A stretch of 64,000 bases of DNA from Sulfurospirillaceae bacterium (GTDB taxonomy: Bacteria > Campylobacterota > Campylobacteria > Campylobacterales > Sulfurospirillaceae). The notes beneath the pieces were generated by a model. That model was not told the origin of the DNA, searched no databases, and worked only from the letters and a program-made list of their open reading frames with translations. A program made the translations under genes and the position numbers. This document shows, piece after piece, positions 42,314 through 51,800 of this stretch. The first letter of the stretch is position 1, and every line of letters begins with the position of its first letter. The stretch covers positions 76,149-140,148 of the forward strand of contig JAWVXD010000006.1 of assembly GCA_033723415.1 (NCBI GenBank), written 5' to 3'.

Positions 42314-42583
42314 ATGAATTGTTTTGTATGTGGTAATCCTATTATTTCAAATGGCAAAGGTTATCGTTGTTCTCTTGGTCGTCCAAAAAATTATTGTTCT
42401 GATACTTGTAAGGATTTTCAGAAATATTTTAATGCTATGCAGAAAAAATTATCTGAAATCAATCTTGATGATGTTCATAAGAGACTTATAAGAGGTGAAT
42501 TGTTTCGTGTGGCTAATTCCTTGAAGTTATCTGTTCCCGGGAATATTGGTACCAAAAAGCCTCGAGATAATAATGAATTTTAA
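42314..42583 (+). CDS. small zinc-ribbon protein upstream of integrase
   Basis: CFVC...GRPKNYCSDTC; RBS GGGAG. Confidence 0.6.
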   Translation: MNCFVCGNPIISNGKGYRCSLGRPKNYCSDTCKDFQKYFNAMQKKLSEINLDDVHKRLIRGELFRVANSLKLSVPGNIGTKKPRDNNEF

Positions 42584-43454
42584 AAAGTATTCTGATCTAT
42601 ATTTACAACTTAATGAGGATGAATGGAAGCCTTCATATCTTGAAAAAAATAGACGTATATGTGAATTAAGACTAAACTTTTTTAATGATAAGAATATTGA
42701 AGATATAAGAGCTAGTGAGATAAAGTTATGGCTTAAAAATATAACTGATGTAAGCAATAAATCAAAACGTAATTATCTATCTGTTTTAAATGGTATTTTA
42801 CAACTTGCCTTAGAAGATGAAATTATCAATAAAAATCCTATCATACATGTTAAACGTCCTCACTATAAAGCACCTAAAATCAAGCCTTTTACTTCTGATG
42901 AAGTTAGTAAAATACTTGAACATTGCAAAGATTATAATTTTAATTTTGTGTACTTTCTGGCTATGGGGTTTTATACGGGTATGAGAACTGGTGAAATACT
43001 ATCTCTTAAAAGAATTGAGGTTGATTTTGAGAATAAAGTCTTACATGTAAATTCTACTCGTAGTAGATTTGGCGAAGGTACTCCTAAAACATATGGAAGC
43101 AAAAGAACGATACCTATTATTAACTCACTTATGCCTTATATACAAAAAATGTATGAACAAAACAATACTCATTATGTTTTGACTAATCAATATGACAGAC
43201 CATATATTGACTCAAAAGTGTTTCATTTTAGGTGGTGGCAACCAATATTTAAAGATTTAAATTTAGAGTATAGAAGACCGTATAATATGCGTCATACTTA
43301 TGCAACAAATATGCTTTATAATGATTTAGTTACTCCTTTACAGCTTGCACAACTTCTTGGACATTCAAATACTCAAATGATTTATGATGTTTATGTTACT
43401 TATTTAGACAGAAATTTAGATGACTTTGACCGCTCAATATCTGTATATAGTTAA
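42573..43454 (+). CDS. int: tyrosine recombinase / integrase
   Basis: YTGMRTGE, PKT, YNMRHTYAT, LLGHS, VY; adjacent to att. Confidence 0.93.
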   Translation: MNFKKYSDLYLQLNEDEWKPSYLEKNRRICELRLNFFNDKNIEDIRASEIKLWLKNITDVSNKSKRNYLSVLNGILQLALEDEIINKNPIIHVKRPHYKAPKIKPFTSDEVSKILEHCKDYNFNFVYFLAMGFYTGMRTGEILSLKRIEVDFENKVLHVNSTRSRFGEGTPKTYGSKRTIPIINSLMPYIQKMYEQNNTHYVLTNQYDRPYIDSKVFHFRWWQPIFKDLNLEYRRPYNMRHTYATNMLYNDLVTPLQLAQLLGHSNTQMIYDVYVTYLDRNLDDFDRSISVYS

Positions 43455-43532
43455 GTTTAAATTCAATTTGGGGTACGCTAGGGATTTTGTGGTTTTCTTA
43501 AAGTGCTTCGGAAGCCCCTATTTTAGGGGGTA

Positions 43533-43561
43533 AATGGCGGACAGAGAGGGATTCGAACCCT
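43533..43561 (-). repeat. att site: tRNA 3'-end copy at the junction of the two prophages
   Basis: AATGGCGGACAGAGAGGGATTCGAACCCT then diverges (TTTGCAAAA); no complete cloverleaf. Confidence 0.88.
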
Positions 43562-43719
43562 TTTGCAAAAACACTAAATGCCCTAAACTAGGGTATTTAA
43601 TTATAAAATAGTCAGTCATTGGCATATAAAAGACTAACTAAATTGGCACACTCTGCCAACTATAATATAGAAAAAAAATGAAACTTTAATTTTATTATGT
43701 ACCTAAAACTAGGTGCATA

Positions 43720-45447
43720 ATGAAAAAGACAATTATTTCAATCGCAGCGGTTATGGCATTGGCTATGACAAGCCCTGCTAATATTTATAATCCATCTACA
43801 GAACATCTACCAAAAGTACAAAATGCAAATTTTAAGCATCGTCAATCTACTCACTATCAATTAAAATTTGTAAAAGATATAGCCCCGGAAATATTTGAAA
43901 ATGCTACTCCAAAATTTCATGTAGATCTTCTAAATTTTATTAACGGTCCCGAACAATTTAAGGCTGCAGCTGTTTTTCGTGGAGCATCAAAATCAACTCT
44001 TTTAAATAAAGTTACTGTACTAAATAGAATTTTCTTTGAGTATGAAGTTTTTACAATGATCGTATCAAGTGATAAAGAAAAAGCTCAAGCCTTTTTAGCA
44101 GATATCAAAGAGTTAATTACCAAAGCACAAGCAAAAGGTTACTCCCTCAGTAAAGGAGATATCTGGACACAATCTAAAATAGAAGTCATAGTCAATAAAG
44201 GGTTAAAAAATAAAGACGGAAAATCTATAGAACACAAATGCTTTATCTCAGTATTTGGAGCAGGACAAGACCCAAGAGGCTATACATATAAAAATGTACG
44301 TCCTACTCTTATAATTGCCGATGACCTGGAATCTAAGAATGGTCAATATGCAATAAGTAACAAACGAAATAGACAAAAACTTAAAGAATGGTTTTATGCA
44401 GATCTTATGCCGGCTCTGCATCCAACTAAAGGACAGATGATAATAATTGGAACTATCCTGCATGAAGATAGCATCTTAAATAATATCATCATGGAAAAAG
44501 AAAATGAGAAGATAAAAATAGAAGATGGAGATGATATCGATGAGTTTGAATCACATAGGAGTGAATGGCATACTAAAATAATTCCAATCATGCAAAATGG
44601 CATAGCATCATGGCCGTCACGTTTCCCTATCAAAAAAATAAAATCTCTCAAAGCCAGGCTTTCAAGAATTGGACTCATTAATGAGTTTTACCAGGAATAT
44701 ATGTGTAAAGCTATGGCCCCGGAAAAACAACTTTTCAAAAAAGAAAATTTTAATTATTTTTCACATCTAAAATATGATATTGCACCTATGCCAAAGATTG
44801 TAATCAAAGATGCTAAGTCAGAGGGGATAATAGAAGCAGCTCGACCAACGCATATCGTAAAAACAAATGGAGAAGAAATACCTCTATCCTCTTGTCAAGT
44901 TTATACGACTATGGATCTTGCATCCTATGATGGAGCAGATAGAACGGCAATCGTTACATTCGCAGTAGATCCACAAGGTTATATATATATTTTAGATATA
45001 TCAGCCGGTCATTGGACTCCTTTTGAAAAATCTTTGCAGGCAGTTAGAGTCCAAGTGATGTTTAACTCGAAAAGATTTGGGATTGAAAAAGCAAGTGCTC
45101 AAAACGACTTCTTTTATACTATCGATGAAGTCCAAAAACAAACAGGTATTAGTATCCCGGTTGAGCCACTATCTCATCATTCTAAAGCTAAAAACTTACG
45201 GATCAGTTTGTTGCACCCTCTTTTTATCACCGGTAGAATTTTCTTTAACCAAAAACAATCATCTACAACAGAGCTTGAATCAGAACTATTGGGATTTGAT
45301 CCTGGAGTAGAAAGTAAACATGATGATCTTATGGATGCTTTGGCCTATATAATGGAATTTATAGCACATAGAACATTTGATGAAGTAATTGAAGATGAAG
45401 AATACTTCGAGGACGAGGACATCCCTGACGATGATGACTGGGCATAA
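43720..45447 (+). CDS. terL: terminase large subunit
   Basis: Walker A FRGASKST, Walker B LIIADDLE, IIGTILH, nuclease TMDLAS..DRTA..IEK..HDDLMDAL. Confidence 0.88.
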   Translation: MKKTIISIAAVMALAMTSPANIYNPSTEHLPKVQNANFKHRQSTHYQLKFVKDIAPEIFENATPKFHVDLLNFINGPEQFKAAAVFRGASKSTLLNKVTVLNRIFFEYEVFTMIVSSDKEKAQAFLADIKELITKAQAKGYSLSKGDIWTQSKIEVIVNKGLKNKDGKSIEHKCFISVFGAGQDPRGYTYKNVRPTLIIADDLESKNGQYAISNKRNRQKLKEWFYADLMPALHPTKGQMIIIGTILHEDSILNNIIMEKENEKIKIEDGDDIDEFESHRSEWHTKIIPIMQNGIASWPSRFPIKKIKSLKARLSRIGLINEFYQEYMCKAMAPEKQLFKKENFNYFSHLKYDIAPMPKIVIKDAKSEGIIEAARPTHIVKTNGEEIPLSSCQVYTTMDLASYDGADRTAIVTFAVDPQGYIYILDISAGHWTPFEKSLQAVRVQVMFNSKRFGIEKASAQNDFFYTIDEVQKQTGISIPVEPLSHHSKAKNLRISLLHPLFITGRIFFNQKQSSTTELESELLGFDPGVESKHDDLMDALAYIMEFIAHRTFDEVIEDEEYFEDEDIPDDDDWA

Positions 45448-45633
45448 GCCCCAACACATTGTTGAGAACTCGCACAAATTCCAAAAATCAGGACACTTAA
45501 AAAATAGGTTTTTATTTTAGCCGTGACAATATGATAAATGAAGTTATATATTTTTTGAAAAAAATAAAATTTTATAGTGTACCTACATATCTGAGAGAGG
45601 AACCGAATGGGTACATACCCCCCTCTTTTTTAT

Positions 45634-45854
45634 TTAAGGTTACCTCTCTCTTCACTGCTAAGATATACTCCAAAAGATCAAACCTTAAGCCATTTTGCCC
45701 TCTAACCTTAAAGAAGTAGCAAACCTTAACAATATCACTTCGTAGCTTAATGATAATGTATTAAATTATTCTATTTTAATACATTATAGACACTTTATCC
45801 CACTTTTTGAGAGGAATACTCCCGTTTAAGGTTTAAGCTTCATTCTAACCTTAA
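45634..45854. repeat. six AACCTTAA/TTAAGGTT octamers plus 13-bp inverted repeat
   Basis: Copies at 45634(rc), 45681, 45704, 45722, 45826(rc), 45847; IR 45753-45765/45775-45787. Confidence 0.7.
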
Positions 45855-46065
45855 AAATATCATCGGGGTGGGGTGGATTTTTTGCAAAACCCCATTGACT
45901 ACCCCGCCCCATCGTTCATTTCTGATTATCTGCGTTTCCCCTCCTATGTCTTGGTGCTTAGCGCTTATTTAAAGGTAAAAGAGATAAAAAACCGCGCCGG
46001 AGTTTGCCCTACGGGCATGGTAGCGCGGGCAAGATACAACAAGATGATAGAGGGGATATGATAGG

Positions 46066-46095
46066 AAGTGCGGTGTGTCTGATGACACCGCACTT
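46066..46095. terminator. 11-bp GC-rich hairpin downstream of phage structural operon
   Basis: AAGTGCGGTGT-N8-ACACCGCACTT; weak U tract. Confidence 0.45.
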
Positions 46096-46124
46096 GAATC
46101 ACTTAAAGGCTATTTGGTTTGGAA

Positions 46125-48806
46125 CTAGAATTTGCTAAGATCTAAGTTAATGCTAGAGTTAGCACTTCTAATCTTATCGAGGCTGAGATTGTATTGAGCA
46201 TCTGCTTTTCTTGCAATGGCAGAGTTATTTTCCGCTTTCGCCTTTTTATACTCGTGTTTTTTAAGGTTTCTGGCTGCACGTGCTTTCTGTAGCAATTCTT
46301 TTTTTGCATTAAAATGTCTTACACCGGCCCCTCGTAAAAGCATTTCTTCATAACTCATAGGCTCATTATAATAGTTTTTAGGATCTGCAAGTCCTGTAGC
46401 CTTACGGATAAATTGTTGCCCATATCTACCAAAAGTAATCGGAGGCATATAGTTTTTTGCCATTTCCAACACTCTTTTAGCAATCTTGCTGCTAGTGCTG
46501 TCATATTTTGTATCAATCTTATAACCTAAAGGTGTTTCGCCATTGATCATACGATAAGCACCTCCAACAAAACCACCGGCAAATTCTAGCGTATCAAAAC
46601 CATCAAATCTCATACCAGGAACCAATCGTCCTGCATTAAGCTGCCAACCTCCGCCAAGTTGTACCCAACTCTTCGCACCGAATGCGTTTGCAGCCCAACC
46701 ACTAGCCGCCCAACTTGGTTTATACATATTTGCCTTATCATTATCACCAAGCCAAGCACTTGCACCTGTTCCCATGAGAGCTGCCTGCAGCATAGCAAAT
46801 TTAAAAGGATGCTTTGCAACTGCTTTCAAGACCATTGGAGTTGCTTTATAAGAGTAATGAACAAAAGGCATTATTCCCATTTTATCCATGACTCTAAAAG
46901 AACCAGGTATCGGAGTCGTATAATCTACATATGCTTCTTGTGATATCTTAAAAGCCGTCTTTTCATCAACTCCCTCAGAGATCTGGCGATAAAAGGAAGC
47001 AAGTTTAAAGATCTTATCTTCCCAATCATATATATGCCTCAAAGCATCGCCACTCTTTGATCCCTTAGAGAAGTAAGCATTTTTCAAGATTGACATGATG
47101 ATCGGCTCTTTTTTGTTATCAAACGGCTGCATCTTCTCCATCATATCTAAACTTGAATTTAGCCCGTACTTATTTGCTTTTTGAACAAGAGCATCAAATT
47201 TACTCCTATCTGTACTCAGCATAGATAATACTTTGGCTAAAGCGGTCATATCACCATGTAAAAAAGAGAGCATTACATTGCTGCCAACATTATAAAGATG
47301 CGTAAAAGGGTTTTTAACCGTTAGATTGACTTTAATGTGATCGATAAGAGGATACCAATAGGTCTCAAAAAGCCCCATATTCTCTTTGACAATCCCTGCA
47401 CCTTTAACAGCATCTGCGACCTCTTTTGGTACATATTTACCTGCTAAAGCACCATATTTTTTGATTCCACCGCCTACTGTTTCATCACTCATCCTTACAA
47501 ACCCGTCTTTTTCTACATCACTTCCAAATGTATCAGCGACATTTTTGAGGGTTTGCGCTTTAAGCAGCTGCACTCTTTGTTCTGCAAGTGTCTTTGGTAT
47601 CACAAAATTTGCATCTTCGATCATCCCAAGTGCAATCCGTTCATCATGCGTTAGATCTTTCCTCGCACGGAAACGCTGATCAAAATAAAACTTCTTGATC
47701 AGTCCCCCTTCTTTGATGCTATCAATATAGTATCGCTTAAGATAATCTTGTATCTTGTTTTTTTCCTGCAGTGCACCGGCCTTGACTAGAGCATCAGCAT
47801 TCGTATCGATGAGATCTCTAATCTTAGTATAAGTCTCTCTCAAATGCTCCGGCAGAGTTGAGGGTTGTTTATCTCCTGTCAAAGCCTGGTGTATAAGGAC
47901 CGATTCATCTGGACTTAGGTGCGTATCTAAAAAGTCTTTGACTTGTGCTGCTTGCTCATGTACTTGAGACATAGCGATCCTAAAGTCTTGTGTAATCTCT
48001 CCGACTTTTTTTGTGATATCGCTAACGGTAGCGAGCCTTTTTATCCTACCACCGCTTATCCTCGTAGTGATCGCTTCATCTACCTTACCAATGATTTGTG
48101 CTGCTTTAGCAAAAGCTTTATCGACAGCAGATCCGTCAATATTTGAGATCTTATCTGCACCAGGAAAGACCATGCTATTTATTTTTTTACCGTTTTTAGC
48201 TATACTTTCACTAGATGCAGGAGGGTGAGGGATGACTATGTTGTCCCGGGCGGTCTTATTGACTGCTTCGTTGAGGGCATTGGACACCTGGGCGCTCTCC
48301 TGTTTCTTATAAAAGGTAATAACCGAATGCCTCCCCTTTACTCCACGAGTTCCAACGATCGCATAATATAAATCTCCATCGATCACCTTCTCATAAAGAT
48401 GATTTACTCTTCCTGTTTGAACACTTTTAGATAAAGAAACTTTCCCCTCTCTTATCACCCGGCCTAGATGTAAAAGTTCATTGAGAGATAAATCATTACC
48501 AAGATGACCTTTTACTATATGTTTTGCACCCATATTTTCAGTGCCCTTGTGTAACCAAACATGATCGACATACTTTCCAAGAGCATCAAGATCTTCTCGT
48601 CTTATTTTCACAGAGTCTTGTACCCCGGAAGCTACTCCAAGCACACCACTCTCTTCTTTTGTCAGATCTCTGCCTAAATAGTTCTTTAATGCCTCTGCTG
48701 CTTGCGCGTATTCTTTAGGATCAAGGTTTTTAGCTTTGATCATATCTGTTATGTCGGCTAAAACTTCTTTTTGTTTTTTTAAGCCGTCTTTACCTTTGCA
48801 ATCCAT
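46125..48806 (-). CDS. large polyvalent/ejection protein with PBECR-like nuclease domain
   Basis: GTENMGAKHIVKGH...RVIREG...SVITFY; C-terminal PFVHYSYKA LPD-like region; TAATG coupling and RBS GAGGAG. Confidence 0.6.
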   Translation of the reverse strand: MDCKGKDGLKKQKEVLADITDMIKAKNLDPKEYAQAAEALKNYLGRDLTKEESGVLGVASGVQDSVKIRREDLDALGKYVDHVWLHKGTENMGAKHIVKGHLGNDLSLNELLHLGRVIREGKVSLSKSVQTGRVNHLYEKVIDGDLYYAIVGTRGVKGRHSVITFYKKQESAQVSNALNEAVNKTARDNIVIPHPPASSESIAKNGKKINSMVFPGADKISNIDGSAVDKAFAKAAQIIGKVDEAITTRISGGRIKRLATVSDITKKVGEITQDFRIAMSQVHEQAAQVKDFLDTHLSPDESVLIHQALTGDKQPSTLPEHLRETYTKIRDLIDTNADALVKAGALQEKNKIQDYLKRYYIDSIKEGGLIKKFYFDQRFRARKDLTHDERIALGMIEDANFVIPKTLAEQRVQLLKAQTLKNVADTFGSDVEKDGFVRMSDETVGGGIKKYGALAGKYVPKEVADAVKGAGIVKENMGLFETYWYPLIDHIKVNLTVKNPFTHLYNVGSNVMLSFLHGDMTALAKVLSMLSTDRSKFDALVQKANKYGLNSSLDMMEKMQPFDNKKEPIIMSILKNAYFSKGSKSGDALRHIYDWEDKIFKLASFYRQISEGVDEKTAFKISQEAYVDYTTPIPGSFRVMDKMGIMPFVHYSYKATPMVLKAVAKHPFKFAMLQAALMGTGASAWLGDNDKANMYKPSWAASGWAANAFGAKSWVQLGGGWQLNAGRLVPGMRFDGFDTLEFAGGFVGGAYRMINGETPLGYKIDTKYDSTSSKIAKRVLEMAKNYMPPITFGRYGQQFIRKATGLADPKNYYNEPMSYEEMLLRGAGVRHFNAKKELLQKARAARNLKKHEYKKAKAENNSAIARKADAQYNLSLDKIRSANSSINLDLSKF

Positions 48807-51800
48807 TAGCATATCTCCTCTACAATTTCTGGTTTGATTTTTCCATTTTGTCCGACATGTTTATCTTCAAAAGAAGCCAACTTATTCCCTGCATCTTTTC
48901 CATCGATCTGATTATTTTCGATATCTTTTAAAGTCTTTTGATAAAAAGCTTCCTGATCTAATATCCTTCTATTCTTTGCATCGATCATCTTTTGGATATT
49001 TGCTTTAGCATTGACGATTTTCTTCTCGTAATCTGCCTTATAGAGTTGTTTCTTTTTGGGATCTTTTGTTTTTGCTATTTTTTCTAAGAGATCTCCAAGA
49101 TATTGATTCGGACGATCACTTTTCAGCCTTGTTCCTAAAGTAGATATCTCTTTTTTAGTAGTTGCGATGCCTCTTGTGATAGCATCTCTGCGTGATTTTA
49201 GAAAATACCCCTCTTCATTGACCGCCTGCAGCTCGTTTTCTAACCTGTTATACTCGATTTGTAGCTCTAGCTCTTTACGTTTCACTGGGTCCTTTTCCAT
49301 CTGCAACATAAACTCTTCTTCTGTAGGCATCGCGCTAGCACCATCTACGATTTCGATTCGATCCTTTGGTTTCGCATCCCAAAGCGCCTCATTCCATCCT
49401 CTCTTATTTGCGACCGTTTTATACATCAATTCATCAAAAGTACCGGCTTGAAAGAAGTAATGAACATTGACAGAATCATTAATATTGCCAAAGCGAATAC
49501 CTCTGCCGCCTCTTTGTTTTAGTTCTGCAGGAGTCCAGGGGATATCCACGTTGTAGATATCTTTTGTATATTTTTGGATATTCATCCCCTCGCCTGCCCC
49601 TTTTGTCGTACCGATCACGACTTTGACTTTGCCTTTATCATAAGCATCAACAATCGCTTGTTTTAACTCTACAGCCTTGCGTCCACTTGCTCCTCTGATT
49701 TCTTTTCCTGTGGTAGGGTCTGTTATCTCTTTACCTGAGATGATTGCGATCTCTTGAGGTTTGTATTTTTTTGAAGCTAAGAGTTTTTGTTTCATCTCTT
49801 GATGTAAGTTTTGATCTAAAGTGGCATCAAAGATATTGCCGTCCTTATTTAGATCTCTTGGGACTTGTTGTTCATGCCCTGCATTATCGAGAAAGATGAT
49901 CTGCCCGGCATTTTTATCTTTACTTCTTCTCTCCAAAACTTTTTGGATCGTCGATTCTAGTTTATTATTATCAGGGGTAGGATCGATAAAGTCTCTCACC
50001 CCAGCTCTTTGATATGCTCTTGGATCTGTACTAGCACTCACACCCTCCGAGAATATCCCCATCATTTTATTACGCTTTGAACTGTCACTTTTAGCTTCTA
50101 GAAGTCTTTTTTTTATATCACTAAATACGATATCACTCTCATGACTGCCATCGAGATAATGAGTATTTACTTTTTCATCCGGCAATGTGATGATCCCCTT
50201 AGATTTAAAATCTTCCATTGAGATACGCTCAACATATCTATCCATGATCGCTCTTAAATCATAAGCATTTTTAATCGCATTCAAGCCATATTCAATACCG
50301 CCTCTTTTGTTCATATTTGCACCAAAATCAAAGAAACGATCTGCAAAATCTCTATCTGTGTAGATACCGTATTCATTAAAAATACTGTTATCTAAATGTT
50401 TCAGCATCGTATATATTTCCATAGGTTTATTTGGTGTAGGAGTTGCATCAAACATAAAAATGTTTTTACCGTTATTCTTTTCACTGATATAACGAGTTTT
50501 AAATCTAAAATCATAAGCCAAAGCACTATCAAGTGTTACGACATGAGTATTTTTATCAAGCGTGAGACTAAAAGGTTTACCAAGCTTAAAGTTCACCAAT
50601 TTACTATTGATGCCTATATTTTTAAAAGCCCTGGCTTCATCGGCAAATATCGCATCGATCCCTAGATTATCTATCGTGATACGTTTATCAAGGTTTTCTC
50701 TACGAAGCAGCTCTTTATACTTCTTGATCTTCTCTGTTTGCAAAGCAAGTGCCCTGCCTTTTAGATCTTCTGTTTTTAGATTTTCGTTCAATAATTCATC
50801 GACATATCTCATTTCAATATCATGAGGAAGTTTCAGTTGTGAAAATCCCTCATGAGAGATCAAGATATAATCAGCTGAATTATTCCCAAGTTCGTATAGC
50901 TTCTTGCTCCTGGTACTTTTTTCAAGATTAAAGAGATTCACAATCTTGGCATCCGGGAATGCTCTCTTTATCTCTTTTTCCCAATTCCCTATAACTTTGG
51001 AAGGGACTACAAACAAAGGCTTCTTGGCAGCACCTTTATTTTTCAAAGCCCGTGCGAGTATAACAGCCGATAGCGTTTTACCCCCACCGACATCATGTGC
51101 GTTGATCCCTTTCCCCTCATATAAACTTTTAGTAACCCACTGTATTTGATTATCACGAGAGATCAACGTCGGTTCGATTTCTTTTAAAGTATCTTGGATC
51201 AGATAACTTGCTTTTCCGTAATCAGGGGAGACATACCCGTTAAATTTACGATTATATATAGATTCTATTTTTTTTGTTAATTTTGGATCAGAGAGGATCT
51301 TCTCTTTGATCTTGGCTAAAGTACTTTGGACTTCATCATTCGCTTCTCTTAATCTTCTACGATATGAAGACATCGTTTCATCTTTTTTGATAGATATCAA
51401 TGCTTTTGAATTGATATAATTATCAAAGATCGGACCAAAGCCGGTGTCATACTCTCTTATCTTTTGTTCGCCCTTTTGTATTGTTCTCTCGACCTTACGC
51501 AGAGGGTATATCTCTATACCTTTTTCTAACAACCAAGGTTCATCACCTCTTAGAGAAATATTTTCGATAGTTTTTTTCTCCGGCAATAATTCTTCCAAAG
51601 CTGCTTTTTGTTTTTCTAATTTTGCAAAAACGACACCATCATCTTTATACTTTTCAAATGCAATATTGAGATTATCAAGCTTATCGTAAAGTTTCCCACT
51701 ATAGTACAAGATATCATTTTGAAGTTTCCCTGGGGCAATGACACTATATCCCTCTTTGAGAGCATTATGGAAATCTTCTTTTTTTATATATTCCCCACCT

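Larger units (their letters stand above)
30623..43557. mobile_element. integrated filamentous phage (inovirus), ~12.9 kb, with R-M cargo
   Basis: 25-bp direct repeats; Zot/pI, pIV secretin, pVIII, pIII, pVI, HUH Rep, tyrosine integrase; T-rich coding strand. Confidence 0.92.

Noticed and set aside
43533..43620. Intact tRNA-Ser gene
   Set aside because: Only the 3' ~27 nt match; the sequence diverges before the variable and anticodon arms, so it is an att copy
45531..46061. Two 62-aa ORFs in the terL downstream gap
   Set aside because: No convincing RBS or motifs; they overlap repeats and stems
48800..48820. Frameshift splitting one giant gene
   Set aside because: Clean TAATG overlap with a strong GAGGAG RBS indicates two coupled genes
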